Assembly: GCF_006345805.1 (NCBI RefSeq)
Contig: NW_021833302.1
Location: 13,242 to 77,241, forward strand
Reading direction: 5' to 3'
Origin: Octopus sinensis
Lineage: Eukaryota
Length of the DNA: 64,000 bases
Shown here piece by piece: positions 54,150 to 64,000 of this stretch. The translations under genes and the position numbers were made by a program. Each line of letters opens with the position of its first letter. Position 1 is the stretch's first letter. Below the pieces are notes generated by a model, which was not told where the DNA came from, searched no databases, and saw only the letters and a list, made by a program, of their open reading frames with translations.

Positions 54150-54325
54150 ATCAGTTCTGAGTTCAAATTCCGCCGAGGTCGACTCTGCCTTTCATCCTTT
54201 CGGGTTCGATTAAATAAGTACCAGTTACGCACTGGGGTCGATATAATCGACTTAATGCGCTTGTCTGTCCTTGTTTGTCCTCTCTGTGTTTAGCCCCTTG
54301 TGGGCAGTAAAGAAATAGGTACTAA
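54150..54325 (+). mobile_element. SINE family B body and tail
   Basis: GTTCTGAGTTCAAATTCCGCCGAGGTCGAC ... TAGCCCCTTGTGGGCAGTAAAGAAATAGGT. Confidence 0.88.
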
Positions 54326-54549
54326 GGTGGGGAGATATGCAAAGAAAAGGGTACGGGTGTGTGGTGAAGTGAGTAGTAAACCTCAAAAAAGAAGGGAAGA
54401 ATAATAAGATATAATGATCAGGTTTCTAAAAATAAACGTAGTTATTCATTGTACTAGCTAAAGTGATAGTTCAGAGAGAGAAAGACAGATGTGCATATCT
54501 ATACACGCGCGTACACATATACGCAAGCACATACACACACGCACACACG

Positions 54550-54644
<95 letters not shown>

Positions 54645-54944
54645 AATGTGTATATACATTATTATATAGGCCTGCATCATTATTTATCTATACCCATACG
54701 TAATGTTATATGTGTGCTAGTGGGCTCTAAGCTGTCTTAATCTGGGCTCTCCCGGGGTTCTAGCATAGTGTATATATGGTCTATTGTGATTGTGATGGTT
54801 ATCATATCGTTGTGACATGGCGTCAAATATATGTTGCTTGGGCCTAGAATTAGAGATGTATTTTATTTGTTTGAAGAAGCTATTGTCAGCGGGCGCTTCG
54901 TTGTAATATGGTGCGTGGTTATTGAATATTTCTTCAGTGGATGA

Positions 54945-55065
54945 TAGGTTAGATATTGGTCGGCCCAAGGCCAGAGTATAAGACACTTTACCAAGGTACC
55001 ACACAGTGGGATTGAACGCGGGTCTGTATGGCTGGGAAGCAAGCTTCTTACCACACAGCCATACA
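54945..55065 (-). mobile_element. SINE family A 5' fragment
   Basis: GGTCGGCCCAAGGCCAGAGTATAAGACAC...CAAGCTTCTTACCACACAGCC. Confidence 0.75.
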
Positions 55066-55110
<45 letters not shown>

Positions 55111-56659
55111 ACACACACACACACACAAACCAGTTTTCATCATCCTTAGCATCAAAATATATATTAATGCAACTAAAGTCAATTATGAACGCAACAACTT
55201 TTACTGACCACTATCAACACTAACAATAATATGAACAAAATAAACAATAATATGAACAAATTAAGTTAAAGAGAAACCTGATGCGATGTAGTATCCTAGC
55301 GTATTTTTACGCTGAATGTCTTTGATCTTAGATCAATAGAGACTGACTTGAAAACAAACAGCTAGAGCAATACAAACAACAAGAACAATATGATCATCAC
55401 CACTACTAATCTACCGACTTTTCAACAGCCAACTGGCAACAATAATTTTATAATGATATAATACAACAATTCTCAGCAGGGACGCGTATGACTCCCAGGG
55501 ACGCAATCAGCCCTCAAGCACCCTTCCGGCCGTCTCAACTGCTTTTCTCTAATTGATATGTGTTTTATGTTTGTTTGTTTGTTTTTTGCTCTCTTTTAGG
55601 TTTATTTTTCCGTGCGGTCCGCTAATAGGAGTAAGGTTTTGGATCTGTTCCGGATATTAAAATGGTTGAAAACTATTGGTATAATAGCAATATTTGCCTA
55701 CTTCATGTGTTCTATGTCAACACAACGATGCATGTGTGTGTATGTGTTTATATGCGTGTGGGTGTGCGTGAGCAAAGCGTGGTGTTTACCCATAAGCCGG
55801 GTAAGCTTCCAACTAACCATACACTAATCCCTTCCACCTCATTCCTTCACCCTTCCGTTTTCTTGTTTCCATTCTTACTTGCATTGAAATAGAACAAAAG
55901 TTTTTGCTCCCACAAACTGACCTGTCCTACAAAACAAAGCTGTTTTGTGGATCAAAAACTTCTGTTTTGCTTCATAATAAATATGGGTGATTGTTGACCA
56001 CCATCGCTACTGGATTTACCTGTACTTCAAGATATTTAGAAATAATCCATCAAGTAGACCCGAAGTAGTATTGCGAAAGGTTCCCTAAAAAATCATACTT
56101 GATATCAAATACAGGATTTTATAAAAGTTTGATACAGGAGAAAAGAAAAAGAAAAGACAGCCGCATTGTTTAAACATTAAAGCTCGTTGCGTCTACAGTG
56201 AGAACAATACGTAACAAAAGACACTAGATTAAGTCAAGCGTTCTAATATGAAGCATGAAACGGGAAGGCTCTTGGGTATATAAATCGGATATCAAACTCG
56301 GCGCATTGTGCCGATAAGCACAACAGTATTGAAATAAAGCACACAGTTTGAATGGAGATTTTCAGAGAAAGGAAAATTAAAATTCAAACGTAGAACCTTT
56401 ACTGGGTAGTAAAAGCTGGGTTGAAAGGTTTAAGAAGTACTGGTTTGAAAGTATTACGTATTTGCATATAATAAAAATAATTAGTGAAATTAAATTATGT
56501 AGGTTTCGAAAAAAAAAAGTGATTGTGTAGGTGATTTGCCGTATCATTACAGAAAATCTACCTAACAAATAATTGATGCTGTTAAAACAAAAGCAAGCAG
56601 AGAATATTGACGAGAAAAATTGCACTTATATTGACAGCAACAAATATTCTTTTCTACTC

Positions 56660-56860
56660 AGGCAAAATGCCCGAAATTTTGAGGGAGGGGGCCAGTCGAT
56701 TACATCGACCCCACTACGCAATGGTACTTAATTTATCGACCCTGAAAGGATGAAAGGCGAAGTCGACCTCGGAGGAATTTGAATTCAGAACGTAAAGGCA
56801 GACGAAGTATCGCTAAGCATTTCGTCCGGGCCGCTAACATTTCTGCCAGCTCGACACCCT
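56660..56860 (-). mobile_element. SINE family B
   Basis: Core GAAAGGATGAAAGGCGAAGTCGACCTCGG and head CTAAGCATTTCGTCCGGGCCGCTAACATTTCTGCCAGCTCG. Confidence 0.85.
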
Positions 56861-57091
56861 GGCACCAACAAATGTTGCCTCAGGTTTGGTAGTTACAGAC
56901 GAAACTCTGTAAGTATTTACTCATGCACGTCATATTAAAATTATATGAAAAATTTATGAGTTCAAAACGGTGATGTTGTCCCTCAAAATGGAGCTTACAA
57001 AATGGTAATGTTGTCCTTCGTATCCAAGTAACTAAGATAGTGTTTATTTATCCCACCTCACAAATTAGTTAACATCACATATTATACAACA

Positions 57092-57141
<50 letters not shown>

Positions 57142-57554
57142 GTGTGTGTGTGTGTGTGTGGTATTTATATGGAAGGGATCTGTCGCTGTTTCACTATAGA
57201 TTTTTATGTATCATTCTGCAACTATATTTGTGCTTGACTCTTCCATTATCCTCACCTGCATATCATCTAGTGGGCTTCTTTATATTGATAACAACTTCCT
57301 GTATGACTACTGTGTCTATTAAAATTCACAGACCACAATGATGTTCCACACAATAAATACTCAATATTATTGCAACGGCTAAACCTAGCTAAATGTGTTA
57401 TATTCATTAGCTGGAAATCAATTACGTTCTTCGTTTTTTTTTCTTTTATTTTCAAGGCTTCACATCAACAAACTCTTACTCTAAAGTGTCTATGCAATCA
57501 CTTATAAATCTTTCAACGTGTGAGTAGAGTGTGTCTGTGAATACAGTGGTGGCG

Positions 57555-57600
<46 letters not shown>

Positions 57601-57606
57601 CTCCCC

Positions 57607-57685
<79 letters not shown>

Positions 57686-57914
57686 TGTGTGTGTGTGTGC
57701 GTGTGTGTGCGTGTGTGTGTATCTATCTATTTATATTTACGTGGATAACTACCCAGAAACCTAGGTTTGTGAGTATCATGTAAAGCTAGAGAAAATAACT
57801 GTTGATCGCAAGAAAGAAGTCGACTGATGGATAAATTCTTTAAAAGATACAATAAGTTGTGGAAGCTGTGAAAATAATTTATAGACACCCAATATATTTA
57901 TATATCTATATACG

Positions 57915-58340
57915 CTTTTTTTTTCTCTCTTTTTTGTTACTTGTTTCAGTCATTTGACTGCGGCCATGCTGGAGCACCGCCTTTAATCGAGCAACTCGAC
58001 CCCAGGACTTATTCTTTGTAAGCCCAGTACTTATTCTATTGGTCTCTTTTGCTGAACCGCTAAGTGACGGGGACATAAACACACCAGCATCGGTTGTCAA
58101 GCAATGTTAGAGGGACAAACACAGACACACAAACATACACGCACACACATATATATATATACATATTCATATATACGACGGGCTTCTTTCAGTTTCCGTC
58201 TACCAAATCCACTCACAAGGCTTTGGTCGGCCCGGGGCTATAGCAGAAGACACTTGCTCAAGGTGCCACGCAGTAGGACTGAACCCGAAACCATGTGGTT
58301 GGTAAGCAAGCTACTTACCACACAGCTACTCCTGCGCCTA
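57915..58340 (-). mobile_element. SINE family A, full length reference copy
   Basis: A box GGAGTAGCTGTGTGGTAAG, B box GGTTCAGTCC, CORE-like CACCTTGAGCAAGTGTCTT, tail GGCGGTGCTCCAGCATGGCCGCAGTCAAATGACTGAAAC. Confidence 0.9.
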
Positions 58341-58447
58341 CATACAAATGTATATATAATATTTTCATAATGTGGTTTCTGTATATGTCACCTTTGTTTC
58401 GTGCACTAATACAGTGTGATACATAGTACCACGGGACGGGGTTGACA

Positions 58448-58591
58448 CTAACTGTCTCCATTTGATGTATTCCCAAATACTCTGCTAGTATCTTTATATT
58501 TATGTAGCATTACTGATCCTAAGCCGTATTTTGAAGCGTCATAAGCTACAACAATCACCGCTGCAGGATCAAACTGAGCAAGCGACAATTC
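58448..58591 (-). pseudogene. Ty3/gypsy RNase H-like fragment
   Basis: Translation LSLAQFDPAAVIVVAYDASKYGLGSVMLHKYKD resembles gypsy LAHFDP...VASDAS.YG.GAVL. Confidence 0.6.
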
Positions 58592-58964
58592 TTATCAATC
58601 GTTCCAAACGGCTTCTCGCTAGGAGTACAACGGAATGTTAGGAAACAATCCGATTATATAACCTAACGCTCATCAGAGGTAGTTCATATGGAAAGAAACA
58701 CGGCGACTGCTCTCTATTGTTGGAGGTAAAGGGACACATCCGGTTTGGGGTTGTTGTGAAAGGATGATGAAACGAACCGGGTAGGGGATTTAGTTGAGAG
58801 TTGTATCCCTAGCACGAAACCGATTGGTAAGATTAGCCGTGATGAATCCATCATACTGTACAGCTCGGATAATATACCCACTCTATTGACAGATATAGGA
58901 GTGCATCTTTTTCCTGACCTATGGACTTGTAGTTGTATATATATATATATATACTTGTTTTCCA

Positions 58965-59360
58965 CACAGTGATCTCATATCAAGATGTGGCACAGTTAAA
59001 ATTTTTTTCAGGTCGAATAGCCCATGTCACTATATAGGTCCCTTAATATTGTTTAAGGATGGTGAACGTAACACCCACGTTTCAAGAGGTGAATTATTCA
59101 AACCCCCAAGAATACCTCTCAACGTGTGACTATGATACTTCCCGACTACTTCTGCTCATGAACAGAGATGCACATATCGTCAGCCACTGAGGGACATGCT
59201 CAACATTTTATGGTCAAGCAAATGATAGGCAAATTTTTGGTATTGGGTGAATATTTGCTGTATCCAACCTTTATCACCAAGGAAAAACATATACCTGTTA
59301 AGAGTTCCAATTAAGTAAATGCAGAAGTCACTAGAGCCAGTGCTTGCTATTGCACCAGGC

Positions 59361-59362
<2 letters not shown>
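58965..59362 (-). mobile_element. Family C, degenerate
   Basis: Reverse-complement match (GAGATGCACATATCGTCAGCCACT, GTGATCTCATATCAAGAT); abuts (ATT)n. Confidence 0.75.
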
Positions 59363-59393
<31 letters not shown>

Positions 59394-59400
59394 ATTATTA

Positions 59401-59434
<34 letters not shown>

Positions 59435-59436
<2 letters not shown>

Positions 59437-59640
59437 GGGGGTGAGCTGAAAGAACCGTTAGTACGCTGGGTGAATGGGTGAAATGCTTCGTCTGTCTGCG
59501 TTCTGAGTTCAAATTCCACCAAAGTCGATTATACCTTTCTTCCGTTCGGGACTGATAAAGTACCAGTTGAGTAGTGGGGTCGATGTAATTGACTATCCCC
59601 GTCCCCAAATTTCAGGCTTGTGTATATAATAGAAAATATT
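59435..59640 (+). mobile_element. SINE family B
   Basis: GGTGAGCTG...GTTAGTACGC...GTTCTGAGTTCAAATTCCACC...GTACCAGTTGAG. Confidence 0.75.
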
Positions 59641-60639
59641 ATTTATATTATTTCTCTTCGAATTATGATTTTTAAAAAAGAAATCGTAATTTGTGAAGAA
59701 ATTCTGACGTAGGTACATTCTGGATATAAAAAATAGGAGAAAAAGCAAAACAAATAATTTATCTCTTTTTTTGTTTTGCCGTTTTAATTTCTTCTTATTA
59801 TTGTTGTACTAATGGAATAGTAAAATTCGGAAAACTGTGTTTGGTTTAGGTATCAGATCATAATTTTTGCCGTAAATTATGTAATCGTCATTGTTATGTG
59901 GACTTTTTCTTGTTATTGTTATTTGAATTTAAAATAATATTGTTTAGGATATTATTTTAAATGTTTTTTTCCCCCGCAAGTTGCTTTGGCAAACATTTAA
60001 ACTAATTACTGAACGAAAACTGAGTTAGGGTAAATTTCTGTTCAAAATATTGCCAGCGGGCAAATAGAAAGACAAAAAAAAAAAAAAGAATGAAATAGTT
60101 TCGGAAATCCTGGTTTAAATGATAGTCAAAGAAGCTGATCACAGTTTTATTGAACAAGGGAAGATATGATTGCTCCTTAAATCATGTGGTTCTTTCAGCT
60201 ACTTGAAATGTAATGAGTTAGTGGCAAGGCCAGGAGACCTCATAGCCGTTTTAGAAATAATTGCAATTATGAACAACATAGAGAAAAAAAGGCCAAAGTA
60301 TTTTAGCGTAAAGCTACTGTCAATTATATTGGCGACAATAATTAGCAGGTGCTAATTGACCACTGAAGAATGGAAGGCAAATTTCACCTCTGCAGGATTT
60401 TAATTCATAATGTAGAAAGAGCAAATAAATTGCAGAATACAGATTGCCATACATTCTGCCGACTCCCCCATCAATCGTTCATTCACCCTTCTTGTACAAC
60501 AACAACAATCACAAAACGACAATAGAGTACGGCTGCTACTTGGCCAGCAATTTCGGGCTATAAGTCGACAATAATAATAATAATGATAACAACAACAACA
60601 ACAACAACAACAACAATAATAATAGTAATAATAATAATT

Positions 60640-60830
60640 TTTTATTGCCCACAAGGGGCTGAACATAGAGGAGACAAACAAGGGCAGACAAACAGATTAA
60701 GTCGATTACGTCGACCCCAGTGCGTAACTGGTACTTAATTTATCGACCCCGAAAGGATGAAAGGGAAAGTCGACCTCGGCGGAATTTGAACTCAGAACGC
60801 AGCAGCGGACGAAATAACACAAAGCATTTC
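60640..60830 (-). mobile_element. SINE family B ending in (AAT)/(GTT) repeats
   Basis: GCCCACAAGGGGCTGAACATAGAG...GGATGAAAGGGAAAGTCGACCTCGGCGG. Confidence 0.88.
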
Positions 60831-60858
60831 GTCCACCAGCCACTGCCTGGTACTGGTG

Positions 60859-61025
60859 CAGTACCAGGCAATAGCCCTCGTGGCTTCTGATCTTAAGTGA
60901 TTGGAAGTGTTATCATGTATATTGTTTTGTCTTGGTATAAAATATGTGCTACAGCAAATATTCTGCTCAATACCATAGATTAGCTTGTCAGTTGTTTGAC
61001 CTTAACCAGTTGAGCATGTCCCTTA
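60859..61025 (+). mobile_element. Family C 5' fragment
   Basis: CAGTACCAGGCAATAGCCCTCGTGGCTTCTGATCTTAA...GCATGTCCCTTAGTGG. Confidence 0.85.
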
Positions 61026-61079
61026 GTGGTAATATTTCAGACAAAATAGTCAATCATCATGGATATGTAGCTGTGTTAA

Positions 61080-61799
61080 AGAAAGAAAGGGAAGTAATAA
61101 TCGGTGAGAAGCAACGAGATGTAAGACTAACTAGTGTATTAACGAGGAAAAATGCCGAATAGGAAAGGCCCAGGATCAGATATATTTCAAGAGCACTGGC
61201 TAAAGAAATTTAGTAGCTTACATGGGAGACTGAGGGAATAACTTCAGGATTGGCTGGATGGAGAAGTAATACCAGATTGGATGACAAAAGAAAGAGCAAT
61301 ATAGCTAGTAATTATCGACCAACCATTTGCTTACCATTAGTTGCAGCCAACTGTAATTGTGAGCCATGGTTATGGTTGCAGACGGACAGAGTAATAGAAG
61401 CACAAGACCCGATTTAGTTGTAGTAGACAAAGAGAATAAAAAGGACCAGGTAATTTACTTTATAGTCTTAAAGTTAATATGAGCGGTATAGAGAAAATAG
61501 CCAAGTGGCAGGATCTAGCCATTGCGTTACAGAGACTATGGTAAGGGCGAGTAAAATCTATCCCTGTGGCTATAGGTGCATTAGGAACTATCCCTAAAGA
61601 TTTGAACTAATGGATAGAGGAAATAGACATGAAACCTAGTTTAATACAACTCCAGAAAACAGTGCTTTTAGGGACAACTTGAATATTTTGGAGGGTTCTT
61701 GACATCATATGTTACTTGTTGTAAAATTTTGACCGCACTTTCCATAGTCTCTGTAACTCAATGGCTAGATCCTGGTACTTTGCTATTTACACTATACCT

Positions 61800-61800
<1 letters not shown>
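61080..61800 (+). mobile_element. Degraded Dong/R4-clade non-LTR retrotransposon fragments (RT N-terminal part joined to RLE domain)
   Basis: KMPNRKGPGSD..HWLKKFSSLH...IPDWMT and QTDRVIEA/RPDLVVVDK...EKIAKWQDLA...LW...IPVAIGALGTIPK...LQKTVLLGT; followed by (TAC)n. Confidence 0.8.
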
Positions 61801-61920
<120 letters not shown>

Positions 61921-61944
61921 AAATAATAATGATAATGATAATTG

Positions 61945-62413
61945 GTATAAAAGATGGGCTACTGCAAATATTTTGCTCAATACCACAGATTTACTTGTCA
62001 GTTGTTTGACTTTAGTTGACCATGCTCCTTTGTGGCTGACGATATGTGCATCTCTGATCACAAGCAGAAGTAGTGAGGGAGCATCATAGCCGTGTGTGGA
62101 GAGGAATTCTTTGAGGTTAGGATAATTCAGCTTTGAAAACATAGGTGGTTCGTTCAACATCCTGAAATAATCCTTATTGAGAGACCTTTTGAGCGAGATG
62201 GGCCACATCGCGACCAGAAAAAAATTCGAACTGGGCCCCACCTTCAAGGTCATGCGCTGTTTATCTTGATGTGAGATCACCATGTCGCGCAAACATGGTT
62301 GTGATGCATGTGTCTGGTGTACCTTTATCAGACGGGTCGTCATGATGGATATACTGGTCTTCGTATATTTTTACCCCAGTCTCATTTTGATGACATGCAC
62401 TGCTCTCTCACTC

Positions 62414-62463
<50 letters not shown>
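61945..62463 (+). mobile_element. Family C, 5'-truncated, with long (AAT)n tail
   Basis: Colinear with the adjacent full copy. Confidence 0.88.
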
Positions 62464-62465
<2 letters not shown>

Positions 62466-63010
62466 CAGTACCAGGCAGTGGCTCTCATGGCTTCTGATCT
62501 TAACTGATTGGAAGTGTTATCATGTACATTGTTTTGTCTTGGTATAAAAGATGGGCTACAGCAAATATTCTGCTCAATACCACAGATTTGCTTGTCAGTT
62601 GTTTGACCTTAACCAGTTGAGCATGTCCCTTAGTGGCTGACGATATGTGCATCTCTGATCACGAACAGAAGTAGTGGGGGAGCATCATGGCCATGTGTTG
62701 AGAGGGATTCTTTGGAGTTTGAATGGTTCACCTCTGGAAACATAGGTGTTTCGTTCAACATCCTAAAGCAACCCTTATTCAGGGACCGTTTGAGCAGGAT
62801 GGGCTACTCAACCTGAAGAAAATTCTAACTGGGCCCCACCTGCAAGGTCATGTGCTGTTTATCTTGATATGAGATCACCATGTCGCGCACATATGGTTGT
62901 GATGCATGTGCCTGGTGTACCTTTATCAGACGGGTAGTCATGATGGGTATATTGGGCTTCGTATATTTTACCCCAGTGTCACTTTGATGGCATGAACTGC
63001 TCTCTCACTC

Positions 63011-63040
<30 letters not shown>
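62464..63040 (+). mobile_element. Family C, longest copy, directly after the (AAT)n tail of the previous copy
   Basis: GCAGTACCAGGCAGTGG ... CTCTCTCACTC(AAT)n. Confidence 0.9.
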
Positions 63041-63044
<4 letters not shown>

Positions 63045-63815
63045 GAAGAGAAAGAGAAAATTTTCTCAGGATGATATATGAAGACGTACCTTGTATAAGA
63101 AAACATCCATGTGGAAAAAGCTTACTAAATGGAAAGAAAACCACATAGTTATGCAACTCGACCTCTTAGGAATAGTTTTACACATGGAAAATAGTACATT
63201 TACAAATTATGCTTGTGTATATGAACATGTGTGTGTGTGTGTGAAAGTGTTTGTGAGTGTCTTTGTGCTTGTCTATGTGGGGCTTTTTATGTGTGTATTG
63301 TGACATCATTTGTTGGATGTAACGTCGTGCATATAAATAAAATAATGCCCGGTTTGCAATAAAAATTATAGGCGCATTCAAGTGTACGCAAAGAAAACAC
63401 ATGCGACATAATGTATGAGCAATACTGTATACACCTGAATCGCACGCAGCTGATCCTGGTGATAGAGTTAGAGAACAGATAAATGGTATGATGACTCAAC
63501 GCCAACAATGAAGCACTCTGGAAAACTAGAGAAAGTAAAGACAATAAAGAAAAAAATACGAGACCTTAGTGACGAGGGGACGGCAAATACTGAAAAAGGA
63601 AAGTTACATTAGAGAGCAGTACACGAACGCGCGCATAAGCACACACATACATACACATATGCACACATATACACACACATTCTCAGACACATACACACAT
63701 ATACACATATACGCTTGTGTATGTGTCTCTGTGTAACTATATGCATTCATACATACACACACATACATATATCTTTCTCTAGCTCTTTATCCCTTTCTCT
63801 CTTTCTCTCTCTTTC

Positions 63816-63882
<67 letters not shown>

Positions 63883-64000
63883 CTTAGTTGTACATGTGCG
63901 TGTACATGTTTGTATCTGCTTCATACGTGTGTCAGTATATACATATGTGTGTGTATGTGTGTGCACCTGTATATATATAGGCGCACACACGCACGTACAT

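Noticed and set aside
55600-55680. Plus-strand candidate exon after a pyrimidine tract (CTCTTTTAG)
   Set aside because: Weak donors and no recognisable peptide; cannot be supported without RNA-seq
56370-56460. GSKSWVERFKK peptide resembling pogo/Tigger CENP-B HTH
   Set aside because: Too short and degraded, no TIRs identified

Overview
AT-rich eukaryotic DNA with no recognisable host gene. The repeat content (tRNA-derived SINEs, Penelope, CR1, Tx1, Dong/R4, Tc1/mariner, dense TA/CA/GATA/AAT microsatellites) is typical of an octopus (coleoid cephalopod) genome; the taxon is inferred, not proven. Most ORFs in the supplied track are translations of microsatellites. Real coding signal is confined to transposons: the 3' half of a Tx1/L1 LINE plus a tandem 5'-truncated copy (1-3075), a DD36E Tc1-type element (26564-27792), two Penelope GIY-YIG remnants (about 28.4-31.1 kb and 35.6-36.4 kb), mariner remnants, an apparently full-length CR1-clade LINE (about 46.8-52.0 kb, minus strand), a gypsy RNase H fragment and Dong/R4 fragments. 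Most interesting: (i) type I hammerhead ribozyme folds, intact-looking at 28416-28493 (-) and 45854-45904 (+), the latter mirrored at the other end of a 2.9 kb palindrome; (ii) a CR1 ORF1 combining a Myb/SANT trihelix-like domain with a CCCH zinc finger; (iii) a 3' tail shared between that LINE and an abundant SINE, with compensatory hairpin changes; (iv) SINE multimers with a recurrent junction. Several duplications and frameshifts are indel-dominated and may be long-read assembly errors. Everything was read by eye; repeat boundaries are approximate (tens of bp).
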